Origin: Prochlorococcus sp. AG-402-I21
Lineage (GTDB): Bacteria > Cyanobacteriota > Cyanobacteriia > PCC-6307 > Cyanobiaceae
Assembly (NCBI GenBank): GCA_003216955.1
Contig: QCHZ01000006.1
Span: forward strand, 26,707-50,706
DNA length: 24,000 bases
Reading direction: 5' to 3'
Made by a program: the position numbers and the translations under genes. Within the stretch, counting starts at the first letter, position 1, and every line of letters starts with the position of its first letter. Below are positions 9,286 to 17,833 of this stretch, in pieces. A model generated the notes under the pieces. The model was not told the origin of the DNA. It did not search any database and saw only the letters and a program-made list of their open reading frames with translations.

Positions 9286-11121
9286 TTGGAAAGTTTAACG
9301 AACTCTTTTTCTCCAACTTTAAAGCAACGAAGACGTGGTCTTTTTTGTATTTTATTTATTGGGCTAATAATTTTTGTTTGGCAATTAGGGTCAACAGGTT
9401 TAGTTGATGAAACACCCCCTTTGTTTGCGGCAGCAAGTAGAGCTATGGCAGAAACGGGTAATTGGTTCACTCCTCAGGTAAATGGATTACCTCGTTTTGA
9501 CAAACCTCCTTTGGTTTATTGGTTGATGGGACTGGGATTTTCAATCCCAGGAAATATTTCTTGGGATCCTTTGGGGACCTGGGCTGCAAGGCTTCCTTCT
9601 GCATTATCAACAATTTTTTTAATGCTTGTTTTAGGGGACACAATGATGAAATATCCCCAAGAAGAAAATTATTTCAATAGAAGAATTGCAGTTGTTACGG
9701 CTCTTTTATACGCGTTGTCGCCTTTGGTAATAATTTGGGGAAGAATTGCTGTAAGTGATGCACTCCTTTGCAGCACTCTAGGAATCTGTTTACTTCTTAA
9801 ATGGAGAAGATTCGCAAATCCAGAAGGAGAAGTTTGGTGGTTGTCTTGGGTTTTTTTGTCATTAGCAGTTTTAACTAAAGGTCCTGTCGCCCTGGTTTTA
9901 ACAGGATTAACAATTTTAATTTTTGCATTGGTTCAAAAAAATTTTAGGATTTTAAAAATTTTGAAAGTACTTCCAGGATTTTTTATTGTTTTTATTATTA
10001 GTTTCCCTTGGTACTTAATTGAATTATTAATAGAGGGAAAACCCTTCTTAGATAGTTTTTTTGGGTACCATAATCTTCAAAGATTCACCTCAGTAGTAAA
10101 TTCTCATAGTGAGCCTTTGTGGTTTTTTTTAATAGTTTTATGTATAGCTTCTTTGCCTTTTACCCCATTTTTATTAATAAGTATTTGGAAGAATTTTTGC
10201 AATATATCTAAATTTTCTAGAAGGCTTATCAAGAAACCAGAGAAGTCATTATTTGAGTTTTCATTTTGTTGGTTAATCACTGTATTTGTATTCTTTACTA
10301 TTTCAGCTACAAAGCTTCCAAGTTATTGGTTGCCTGCTACTCCTGCGGCATCAATTTTAATATCACTTTCTTTAACTAATCATGTTAAAGAGGAATTTTT
10401 AAAATCTTACGCCTGGAAATTTACAATATTTTTATCAATATTTTTTTCAATATCTCTCTTTTCTTCAAAGCTTTGGATTCAGCTTCTTAATGATCCTGAG
10501 ATTCCTAATTTCTCGGAAGAATTAACTAATAGCTTTTTACCTGAAAAAGCTGGATTTATTTTTCTTTTAATTGCTGTTCTCGGAATTATATTTTCCTCCA
10601 AAAAAATATATGGAAAACTATTAATTTTGCAAATTCCTATAATTTTATCCCATTTTCTGATTGTTTTACCAACTTTCGATTTGGCAGATAGGTTAAGACA
10701 ACTACCCTTAAGAAAAGCATCAGAATTACTTCTAAATTCTCAAAAAAGAAACGAGCCCTTAGTAATGGTAGGTGCAATGAAACCCTCAATTCATTTTTAT
10801 ACTAATCAGGTCGTTGTTTTTGAAGGTAGATCTAAAAATGCTTTTGTAAATGTTTCAGATCGACTTAAACATGAGAATCGAAGAGGTTGGAAAGGAAGGC
10901 CAATATATGGAACCAATGGCTCAGAAACTTCTCTTTTACTTATTGATAAAAGATCAGTTGAAAAATCTTATTGGCAAGGACTTAATCCAAAAGTTTTAGG
11001 TAATTTTGGTGTATATAGCGTTTGGAGGATTGATAGGGAAAATCTTGAAAAACGAGCTATATCTTTGAAAAAAGAGGGTGTTATTTCTACTTGGAAAAAT
11101 CCTAGACCGGAAAGATTTTAA
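9286..11121 (+). CDS. GT-C fold glycosyltransferase, ArnT/PMT (GT39/GT83-like) family
   Basis: 611-aa polytopic membrane ORF. The first loop has the diagnostic motif (VDETPPLFAAASRAMAETGNWFTPQVNGLPRFDKPPLVYWL). The only start candidate abutting the upstream stop is TTG at 9286, so the exact start is uncertain. Confidence 0.85.
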   Translation: MESLTNSFSPTLKQRRRGLFCILFIGLIIFVWQLGSTGLVDETPPLFAAASRAMAETGNWFTPQVNGLPRFDKPPLVYWLMGLGFSIPGNISWDPLGTWAARLPSALSTIFLMLVLGDTMMKYPQEENYFNRRIAVVTALLYALSPLVIIWGRIAVSDALLCSTLGICLLLKWRRFANPEGEVWWLSWVFLSLAVLTKGPVALVLTGLTILIFALVQKNFRILKILKVLPGFFIVFIISFPWYLIELLIEGKPFLDSFFGYHNLQRFTSVVNSHSEPLWFFLIVLCIASLPFTPFLLISIWKNFCNISKFSRRLIKKPEKSLFEFSFCWLITVFVFFTISATKLPSYWLPATPAASILISLSLTNHVKEEFLKSYAWKFTIFLSIFFSISLFSSKLWIQLLNDPEIPNFSEELTNSFLPEKAGFIFLLIAVLGIIFSSKKIYGKLLILQIPIILSHFLIVLPTFDLADRLRQLPLRKASELLLNSQKRNEPLVMVGAMKPSIHFYTNQVVVFEGRSKNAFVNVSDRLKHENRRGWKGRPIYGTNGSETSLLLIDKRSVEKSYWQGLNPKVLGNFGVYSVWRIDRENLEKRAISLKKEGVISTWKNPRPERF

Positions 11122-11137
11122 TAAAATTGTCCAATAT

Positions 11138-11407
11138 CTATTGAATCGAATTTATTAAATCTTGTTTGCTACATTTTTCTGGGATTAGAATGATGCCTAG
11201 ATCATCCTGAAGCCTCTCTAAATCAATTACCGAGTCTTCAGTTATTGAGCTTATTACCTCTTCAAGACTTGCTCCCATATCATTTGCCATTTCTATCAGC
11301 ATTCTCAAAGTGTCATCTTTTAAAGAGAGACTTACGTTTATTGAAACGTTATGACCTGAGAAATTTTGTGAGTTCATAAAGAAAATATTAAGATATTGTC
11401 GGGCCAT
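11138..11407 (-). CDS. Small acidic hypothetical protein
   Basis: 89-aa ORF, convergent with the GT-C gene across a 16-nt gap. I recognise no motif. An alternative start is MNSQNF at residue 11. Confidence 0.5.
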   Translation of the reverse strand: MARQYLNIFFMNSQNFSGHNVSINVSLSLKDDTLRMLIEMANDMGASLEEVISSITEDSVIDLERLQDDLGIILIPEKCSKQDLINSIQ

Positions 11408-11497
11408 TTGGGGCTATTTTAAAAATAGCTTCAGAAAATGAATTTTTAGGGGTATTTATAATTTGTCTTTTAGGAATTTTTAATCTCACAAAAATTG

Positions 11498-11533
11498 AAA
11501 AAAAAATCTTCCTAAGTAATTACTTAGGAAGAT
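11498..11533 (-). terminator. Rho-independent terminator of isiB
   Basis: Perfect 13-bp stem (atcttcctaagta / tacttaggaagat, 11506-11533) 22 nt downstream of the isiB stop. On the minus strand it is followed by a run of nine U (A-run 11498-11506 on plus). Confidence 0.85.
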
Positions 11534-11554
11534 CTGAAAATTTTTGTTTAATGC

Positions 11555-12070
11555 TTAAAACATTTCGGCTTTTAGTTTCTCAGCCCATCCTGAAAGTCTT
11601 TCATCAGTCATGTCTGATTCACTGTCTTCGTCAAGAGGTAATCCGCAGAATTCTTCTCCAACTACACTTTTTGACTCATCAAAAGTGTAATCAGTCTTTG
11701 CTGTGTACCCAACCATTGAGGCTCCGGCTTGCTGGAAGTATCTATGAAGTTCTTCCATTGCATCGCAATAGTTTTCGGTGTAAGTAGAAGAATCTCCTAA
11801 ACCAAAAATTGCAACTTTTTTACCACTGAGATCTAGCTCTCCAATGTCTTCAAGGATTGAGTCCCAAGCAGTTCCTGATCTTTCAGAGTCAGCACCGGTG
11901 TTCCATGTAGGGATGCCACAAATAACCCCATCATGTCCAGCTAATTCACTAAGGTCATCGACGTCTGAAATATCCTTAGGACCTTCAGCAGAGTCAAGTA
12001 AGCCGTGCAGCCTTTCCGCTATATCTTCGGTTTTACCTGTTGTTGTAGCGAAGTAGATTCCTACAGTCAT
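11555..12070 (-). CDS. isiB: Flavodoxin (long-chain)
   Basis: Start set at the ATG at 12070, giving MTVGIYFATTTGKTEDIAE, the FMN phosphate-binding loop T-T-G-K-T. WNTG and GLGD motifs are present. The product is 171 aa. The track's 35-aa N-terminal extension is AT-rich read-through. Confidence 0.95.
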   Translation of the reverse strand: MTVGIYFATTTGKTEDIAERLHGLLDSAEGPKDISDVDDLSELAGHDGVICGIPTWNTGADSERSGTAWDSILEDIGELDLSGKKVAIFGLGDSSTYTENYCDAMEELHRYFQQAGASMVGYTAKTDYTFDESKSVVGEEFCGLPLDEDSESDMTDERLSGWAEKLKAEMF

Positions 12071-12496
12071 GGAGCAATTTAAAATCAAGAATATTTTAAA
12101 GCAGCTTTGCACATTTAGAGTGAATTTGGCTTTTTTTAAATTTTCTTGTCTATTGAATATTGATTTTTGATACATAAATAAGTCAATATTTGTTCCGCTT
12201 CTCTCTAAGAGGTTGATTCCTATTATTGGTTTTCGTTTTAATGATGATTCTTCAATCTAGTGCTCAAAAGGCTTTTGAAGGAAAACTCATCAGAAATATT
12301 AGAACAAAAAATTAATTGATATTTATTTTTAATTAACTTGAGACAAAAGATTTAAAAATTATTCAAAAAGAGTCTTTCTAAAGATCTTTATCTGAAAACA
12401 TTTGTATTAGTTTTTTAAAGTCTATTTGGCTACTTAGAAAAATTTAAATTTTACTGAATAGTTATTTCTGCTGTTTTTTTACTCATATGATTTGGT

Positions 12497-12943
12497 TTAC
12501 AAATTTGGTCCCATCATTCCGAATCCACTTTGAAGTCCAAAGGAAATGATTACAAAAGTACTAATAGCCAAGCCAATTAAAACCGAGGTGTAAAGCCTAT
12601 TAACTCCATAACCAGCTTCAACAGGATTGAAATCAGCAACTACAAAAGATTTTTTGCTGTATTTACCTCTATCGCTAAGTCCTATTGCTCCTAATGCTGT
12701 TTGAGGTGTAAGAGTGCCGCCTTCATCATCAAGGAACCAAGGCTTGTTGGAACTATTTATAGTAGGTGCCGGCTGAGCTTTAGAAATACCAGAAGTTACT
12801 GAAGAAGAGCTATTAATTCGACTTGAATCTTCTCTGAAAAATCTTGGAAACATGTAGGTATGCCAGAGGCCTATTACTCCAGCCCAAGCAATCATGCTTA
12901 CTCCTGCTAATCCGAAGAGAATTTCTTTAAAACCGAATTCCAT
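12497..12943 (-). CDS. Conserved-looking membrane protein, function unknown
   Basis: 148-aa ORF with N- and C-terminal TM helices (ILFGLAGVSMIAWAGVIGLW; VLIGLAISTFVIISFGL) flanking an S-rich soluble loop. Confidence 0.65.
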   Translation of the reverse strand: MEFGFKEILFGLAGVSMIAWAGVIGLWHTYMFPRFFREDSSRINSSSSVTSGISKAQPAPTINSSNKPWFLDDEGGTLTPQTALGAIGLSDRGKYSKKSFVVADFNPVEAGYGVNRLYTSVLIGLAISTFVIISFGLQSGFGMMGPNL

Positions 12944-13135
12944 AAATCAAACCAATTAATTTACGCCTGTTAAGGCAATGATTCCACCATATCAGAAGTA
13001 AAGCGAGTCAACTTAGAGAGTTATCAAAGCTTCTAAAATCGGCCCAATTTGTTACAGAATCCTTAGTGTCTTCTTTTTGATTCAGCCTTTTTGGCTCTCA
13101 TATGCCAGGATTTGTCACATAAATATCCTAGATGG

Positions 13136-13429
13136 ATGAACACACTTAAATTATTGCTGGTTCTATCTCCAGTTATTTTTACTCTTGCATTTGCAGACTA
13201 TTGGTTACGTAGGTGGGGAGTATTTGTTTGGGATAATGGCCCTACTATTAAAAACGAGCAAGTTTGGGAAGATACTGCAATCGTTGCTGATAAAGGAAGA
13301 CCTGCAGGTGGCTACCCAGTTTTTACTGTTAGAACCTTGGCTGTAAACGCATTGGGAATTCCAACAGTGTTTTTCCTAGGAGCAATATTTGCAATGCAAT
13401 TTATTCGCCGTGGTGTAATAAACGCATAA
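13136..13429 (+). CDS. Small two-TM membrane protein, function unknown
   Basis: Start placed at the ATG at 13136 ([15 protein letters not shown]...), because the track start at 13091 is a TTG. The C-terminal helix is [21 protein letters not shown] strong terminator follows. Confidence 0.65.
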   Translation: MNTLKLLLVLSPVIFTLAFADYWLRRWGVFVWDNGPTIKNEQVWEDTAIVADKGRPAGGYPVFTVRTLAVNALGIPTVFFLGAIFAMQFIRRGVINA

Positions 13430-13450
13430 CTAAAAAACATAAAAATAAAA

Positions 13451-13480
13451 AAAGGCTTATCAGTAGGTAAGCCTTTTTTT
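13451..13480 (+). terminator. Rho-independent terminator (potentially bidirectional)
   Basis: 9-bp stem aaaggctta / taagccttt with an 8-nt loop, followed by a T-run to 13480 and preceded by an A-run. It lies 22 nt after the stop at 13429. Confidence 0.8.
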
Positions 13481-13590
13481 ATTGAGTAAAAATATATAAT
13501 TAAAATTTTTAGTGAATAATTTTAAATTATATATTTCTTTAATCAAAAAGAAGCAAGACGGCTTATAATCTCTCTAGAAAAAAGTTTGTT

Positions 13591-14118
13591 ATGGAAAGTC
13601 AAGAATCAAATCAGATTGAAAATAATAGCTCTACAGCTGTTTTAGAAAATACTAATACTGAAACCGAAATTGTTTCTTCGGTCAGTCAAGCAAACGTCAT
13701 TAATAAAAAAGAGGTATTCCCTACAGATCAAAATCTGATTTCAGAGATTATTGAGGATGCTTTTCCAAAAGATAAATCAAATAAGCAGTTAGGAATTCCA
13801 CAATCAGATACTTTTGCATTTGCTAGTCGTATATTTTTCTTATGGGTTTGGCCAATAGTTCTCCATAACAAAGTCAGAAATTTAATTAATAATTTGGATT
13901 TTGCGCAGCCTTACTCTAGCCCTGGAGAAAATTCATACACAGTAAGTGATACTGAAACCGTCTACACAATGACTAAAGACGCATTTTCAGGTAAAGGTGG
14001 AATGAAATTTATGGGGATTAGATTTATGTCTATTTGGGTTTTCCCTGTTGCAATAACAGGAGCTGTTATGGAATTTCTATTTGTAGGTCCACTTAAAGGA
14101 ACTAATCCTTTTGGTTGA
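13591..14118 (+). CDS. Hypothetical membrane protein with polar low-complexity N-terminus
   Basis: 175-aa ORF. The N-terminal ~75 aa are rich in E/N/S/T, followed by hydrophobic segments (IFFLWVWPIVL; IWVFPVAITGAVMEFLFVGPL). No motif recognised. Confidence 0.5.
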   Translation: MESQESNQIENNSSTAVLENTNTETEIVSSVSQANVINKKEVFPTDQNLISEIIEDAFPKDKSNKQLGIPQSDTFAFASRIFFLWVWPIVLHNKVRNLINNLDFAQPYSSPGENSYTVSDTETVYTMTKDAFSGKGGMKFMGIRFMSIWVFPVAITGAVMEFLFVGPLKGTNPFG

Positions 14119-14165
14119 TTGATAAATTATTTTATTCTTAAAAGATGGGATAATTAATTATATTT

Positions 14166-14327
14166 TTAAACGTTTCTAAAAGGAAAAAATGGAGTAACTT
14201 TTTTTGTTGGGTTGCTGCTGGCAATGGCTTTACCTCTAATGTACATAAATAAACCAAGTGTGATTATCATTACTGGAGGGTGCAGAGCTAAAGATCTGCC
14301 AATTAGTTGTAGTTCTTCTCCTGACAT
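14166..14327 (-). CDS. Unannotated 53-aa single-TM ORF
   Basis: Hand translation gives MSGEELQLIGRSLALHPPVMIITLGLFMYIRGKAIASSNPTKKVTPFFPFRNV*. A GAAGGAG lies 10-16 nt upstream of the ATG. The ORF is below the track's size cutoff. Confidence 0.35.
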   Translation of the reverse strand: MSGEELQLIGRSLALHPPVMIITLGLFMYIRGKAIASSNPTKKVTPFFPFRNV

Positions 14328-14406
14328 TTGATAAATTAATTCTCCTTCAACTATAGCTTCTAAAGGAGCTGAAGAAAAATAATTTAATATATATAAAAGA
14401 ATTTTT

Positions 14407-14682
14407 CTATTGATTATTATTTCTATAAGTAAGCTTTAAAATTAAAATTGAAAAATTAAAAATAAAGGTAATTATATTTGCAACTAAAATCGGAATTGAA
14501 TGGATCTTTAAAGCGTAAATAATCCAACAAATTAGACCTGTTATAAATAGAATTAACATGATTAATGATACATCCTCTGCTGATTTCGTTTGCCACGTTT
14601 TATATAATTGAGGTATAAAAGCAATTGTGGTGAGCAATGCTGCTGAAAAACCAAATAAATCTATATAGTTAAAATGATTCAT
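14407..14682 (-). CDS. SemiSWEET / PQ-loop (MtN3-like) transporter
   Basis: 91 aa with three TM helices and the PQ motif in TM1 (TTIAFIPQLYKTWQTKSAEDVS). It also has the conserved IPILVANIITF helix, and its length is typical of bacterial SemiSWEET half-transporters. Confidence 0.75.
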   Translation of the reverse strand: MNHFNYIDLFGFSAALLTTIAFIPQLYKTWQTKSAEDVSLIMLILFITGLICWIIYALKIHSIPILVANIITFIFNFSILILKLTYRNNNQ

Positions 14683-14776
14683 CTTTGTTTAATTGGAATG
14701 ATATAGATCAAAACTATATAGTAATAAAAAATTATTATATTATAGTTTTACCCTGTATTAGGAGTATCAAAATCTT

Positions 14777-15043
14777 ATGAGTGATCAGTCTGATTTTAAT
14801 GATGAAGTTTTAAAGGATAAATTGGAAACTTTGTTAGATGAAGATAATGTGATTAAAAAATGGAATGAAGGCCCATTAATAAAATCACTTATCCTTTTGC
14901 CAATAATAATTTTTGTAGTAGGTTTATTTATTGTGAATAAACCAGAAAAACTAATAGATATATTATTTGTATTTCTTTATCCTGCAGCCCTAATATTGAT
15001 AGGGTTAATACTTCTATTCTTTATGCGAAGTAAATTAAAGTAG
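14777..15043 (+). CDS. Small two-TM hypothetical protein
   Basis: 88-aa ORF with an acidic N-terminus and then two hydrophobic helices. Confidence 0.45.
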   Translation: MSDQSDFNDEVLKDKLETLLDEDNVIKKWNEGPLIKSLILLPIIIFVVGLFIVNKPEKLIDILFVFLYPAALILIGLILLFFMRSKLK

Positions 15044-15140
15044 AAGATATTAATAGAATCTTTTACTTTAAATCTTGGATTTTATGTAGCCAATAAGGTA
15101 GTCCCAATGTAAGCTATTAGTAATTAAGCATTAATATCCA

Positions 15141-15308
15141 ATGGCAGGCGGACCATTATTACAACTTTGGGAAAACCTATTACCATTTGCTAAGGATCTG
15201 AGAATTCGCTTTGCAATAGCAATGTTAGGTAATGTTTTAGCAATATTATTTATTTTCACCCTATGTAAAATGTTTATTCCAGGATTGGAAGAACAACTAT
15301 TTAATTGA
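15141..15308 (+). CDS. Unannotated 55-aa single-TM ORF
   Basis: Hand translation gives MAGGPLLQLWENLLPFAKDLRIRFAIAMLGNVLAILFIFTLCKMFIPGLEEQLFN*. Its 3' end overlaps the stop region of the convergent TPR-methyltransferase gene by 12 nt. Confidence 0.35.
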   Translation: MAGGPLLQLWENLLPFAKDLRIRFAIAMLGNVLAILFIFTLCKMFIPGLEEQLFN

Positions 15309-17636
15309 TTTTTTAGCCCAGAATTGATACATTTCTCTAAAAGAATTAGGATTTAATTTTTCAAATTTATCCCATAATTCTAAATCTTTTAAAGAGTCTA
15401 TATCTTTATTATCTATCTGATATTTATCTTTTATATCTTTTGAAAGAGTAAAACCTAGGAATTCCAGATTAGATACTTTTAACATATCTTTAATTTCAAT
15501 TAATGAGTAACAGTTTTCGTGACTATGAAAGCAGAGATCTCTACACATTGATGTTGAGTAGAAATCTGACCAATTAGTTATTTCATTTAACTGTTTTATT
15601 TCTCCATTAAGAACGTCATTTCTGAAGTTCCTTATGCCGTCTATATCTGGTTTTATATCTTTTTCTTTGATTAGATCTCTCGCTTTTAGTATTTTTTCTC
15701 GTGCATACTTGCTGTATAAACCTAACTTTAAAAAACCATTTGGTTCTAGTACATCTAATAGATTTGATAATCCTTTAGTTGGATCACTCATATGGTGGAG
15801 AACGCCTGAACATTCTATTAAATCAAATCTTTTATTAAGTGAGTTTAATTCAAGTAAATCCATTTCTATAAAATTGATATTTTTTAATCCATATTCATCA
15901 ACCTTTCTCTTTGCATATGAGATACTTGAATTGCTTAAATCAATTGCTGTTACTTCGCAATTACTATATCGAGATGCTTCAACTATTTGAATCCCAGTTC
16001 CACAACCAGCTATAAGTATATTTATTTTCTTATTCACTAATTGAACTGAATTAGATTTAATTGTATTTGGAGAAATTTCAGAATTAATAACTGACAGAAA
16101 GTTTAATTTATTTTCTCTAGCATATGAATTATATCTCCATCTAGGATATGGATTTAATTCATACTGATTTTTAACTTTCTTAGATATAGAATCTTTTATA
16201 CTTCCTATTCTTTTAATTCCTTTTAAAATCTTTTTTTCATCATTTAACTCTTTTAATTGTAAATTAAGTAAATTATTAAATTCTTTATTATTTGAGATAT
16301 AATTATTTAAATTAATTATGTCTTCATTTATTGAAGATAGAGATTGGTAACATGAGATTATTGCTAATTTATAGTCTTTGTTTTTCTTGTTATCGATCTT
16401 TTTCTTAAGTTCTTTTAGTTTATCCTTCTCTTCTATGGATATGTAATAGACATACTCATTTAAGAAACATTGTGATCCAAGACCTATAGTAAAGTCAAGC
16501 ATAGCATTACTTATTTTATCTTTATCGGAATAGCTCATAAGAATGTTCTTGCGTATATTTCCTAATACTTTTTCCCATAACGGAGAGCAAAATATTAGTA
16601 GTGAAAGTGCTTTTACTAGTTCCTTATTCTTAATAAGAATGTTAAATTCATTACTCTCATACAAGTCTGATTTTAAAATAGATAATTTTACCAATATTTC
16701 TTTGTAGATCAGGCTTTTTATATTGCCAAATAGTTCTCTATGAGAAATATCTTTTCTATTTAATATATTGGAAAGTAATTTTCTATTTTCTTTTTCTGAT
16801 GTATTTAATAATTCTCCTTTTTTAATTAAATCACATATAAGCTGATAACTTAACTCACTATCTTTATTCAATAAAAGTTCTTTTTTTGCAAGGGAGAGTG
16901 ATCTTTTGTAATCACCGATCTGATTGTATATTGTGGCTAAATTTAAATAACAATTTTCTAATTTATTATTTAGCTCTATAGCTTTCTCTGTATGTAATAT
17001 TGCCTTTTCTATTTCTTGTTTATCTTTATAGCATGCACCTAGATTCAAATGTGCGATAGCAGATTTATTATTTATCTCCAAAGCTTTTAAATAATATTCT
17101 TCTGCTTCATCGTATTTGTTAGAATCTTTATTTAATAAACCTAGATTTATATATGCATCAAAGTAATTTACATCTAGTTCAATTGCTTTTTCAAATGATA
17201 ACTTTGCCTCATCATACTTATTTAAACTTTTTAAAACTAATCCTCTAATACAGTACCCATTAGGTAGACTTGGTTTTAATTTAATTGCTTCTTCAATTAT
17301 TCTTTCTGCTTTTTCTAGATTATGTAATTTATAATATAAAAAAGATAAATTTAATTTCGTGAAAATATGATTTGGAAAATTTTTAGAACATTTTTCATAT
17401 AGTTTAATAGCTTTGTCATTCTCTTCTTTTTCTTCACATATCAGTGCATAATTTGAAATTATGTCTGGATCAGAATACCCATTTTTTAAAAAAGCTATGT
17501 AACCTTTTTCTGCTTCATCTAAATTACCTTTAATATGATTACTTATTGATTTTGCTTTCAGATCCTTTTCTGAAAGCTTTTTAAGTTTTTTAGAAGAACC
17601 AATATTCTCTTGTTTCTTTTTACCGAAACCACTCAA
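15297..17636 (-). CDS. TPR-repeat protein fused to a class I SAM-dependent methyltransferase
   Basis: 779-aa ORF. Residues ~40-260 hold about 7 TPR-like 34-aa repeats (e.g. AERIIEEAIKLKPSLPNGY, AKLSFEKAIELDVNYFDAY, AEEYYLKALEINNKSAIAH). Residues ~530-660 hold methyltransferase motif I ILIAGCGTGIQ, post-I AIDLS, and FDLIECSGVLHHM. The ~270-aa middle region is unassigned. Confidence 0.8.
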   Translation of the reverse strand: MSGFGKKKQENIGSSKKLKKLSEKDLKAKSISNHIKGNLDEAEKGYIAFLKNGYSDPDIISNYALICEEKEENDKAIKLYEKCSKNFPNHIFTKLNLSFLYYKLHNLEKAERIIEEAIKLKPSLPNGYCIRGLVLKSLNKYDEAKLSFEKAIELDVNYFDAYINLGLLNKDSNKYDEAEEYYLKALEINNKSAIAHLNLGACYKDKQEIEKAILHTEKAIELNNKLENCYLNLATIYNQIGDYKRSLSLAKKELLLNKDSELSYQLICDLIKKGELLNTSEKENRKLLSNILNRKDISHRELFGNIKSLIYKEILVKLSILKSDLYESNEFNILIKNKELVKALSLLIFCSPLWEKVLGNIRKNILMSYSDKDKISNAMLDFTIGLGSQCFLNEYVYYISIEEKDKLKELKKKIDNKKNKDYKLAIISCYQSLSSINEDIINLNNYISNNKEFNNLLNLQLKELNDEKKILKGIKRIGSIKDSISKKVKNQYELNPYPRWRYNSYARENKLNFLSVINSEISPNTIKSNSVQLVNKKINILIAGCGTGIQIVEASRYSNCEVTAIDLSNSSISYAKRKVDEYGLKNINFIEMDLLELNSLNKRFDLIECSGVLHHMSDPTKGLSNLLDVLEPNGFLKLGLYSKYAREKILKARDLIKEKDIKPDIDGIRNFRNDVLNGEIKQLNEITNWSDFYSTSMCRDLCFHSHENCYSLIEIKDMLKVSNLEFLGFTLSKDIKDKYQIDNKDIDSLKDLELWDKFEKLNPNSFREMYQFWAKKSIK

Positions 17637-17833
17637 TGTTTTTTATTTAATTAATAGCATTATACTAAAACTTGAAAATCTTATTATTTTAGCTTAATAA
17701 ATCTATTGTTTCCAAACTATAGTTACTGGTTTCTAATTTATATATTATATAGATAATACTATATTTTTAACTCTTTTCACCTCCAGCAAGCCCTAATTTT
17801 TCATATAATAATTAATGTAATCATAGGATAAAA

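Noticed and set aside
12150-12175. Fur-box-like AT hexamer array upstream of isiB as a called regulatory feature
   Set aside because: The match to the GATAAT-repeat consensus is loose, and the background is so AT-rich that chance matches are expected. It is kept only as a hypothesis in the findings.
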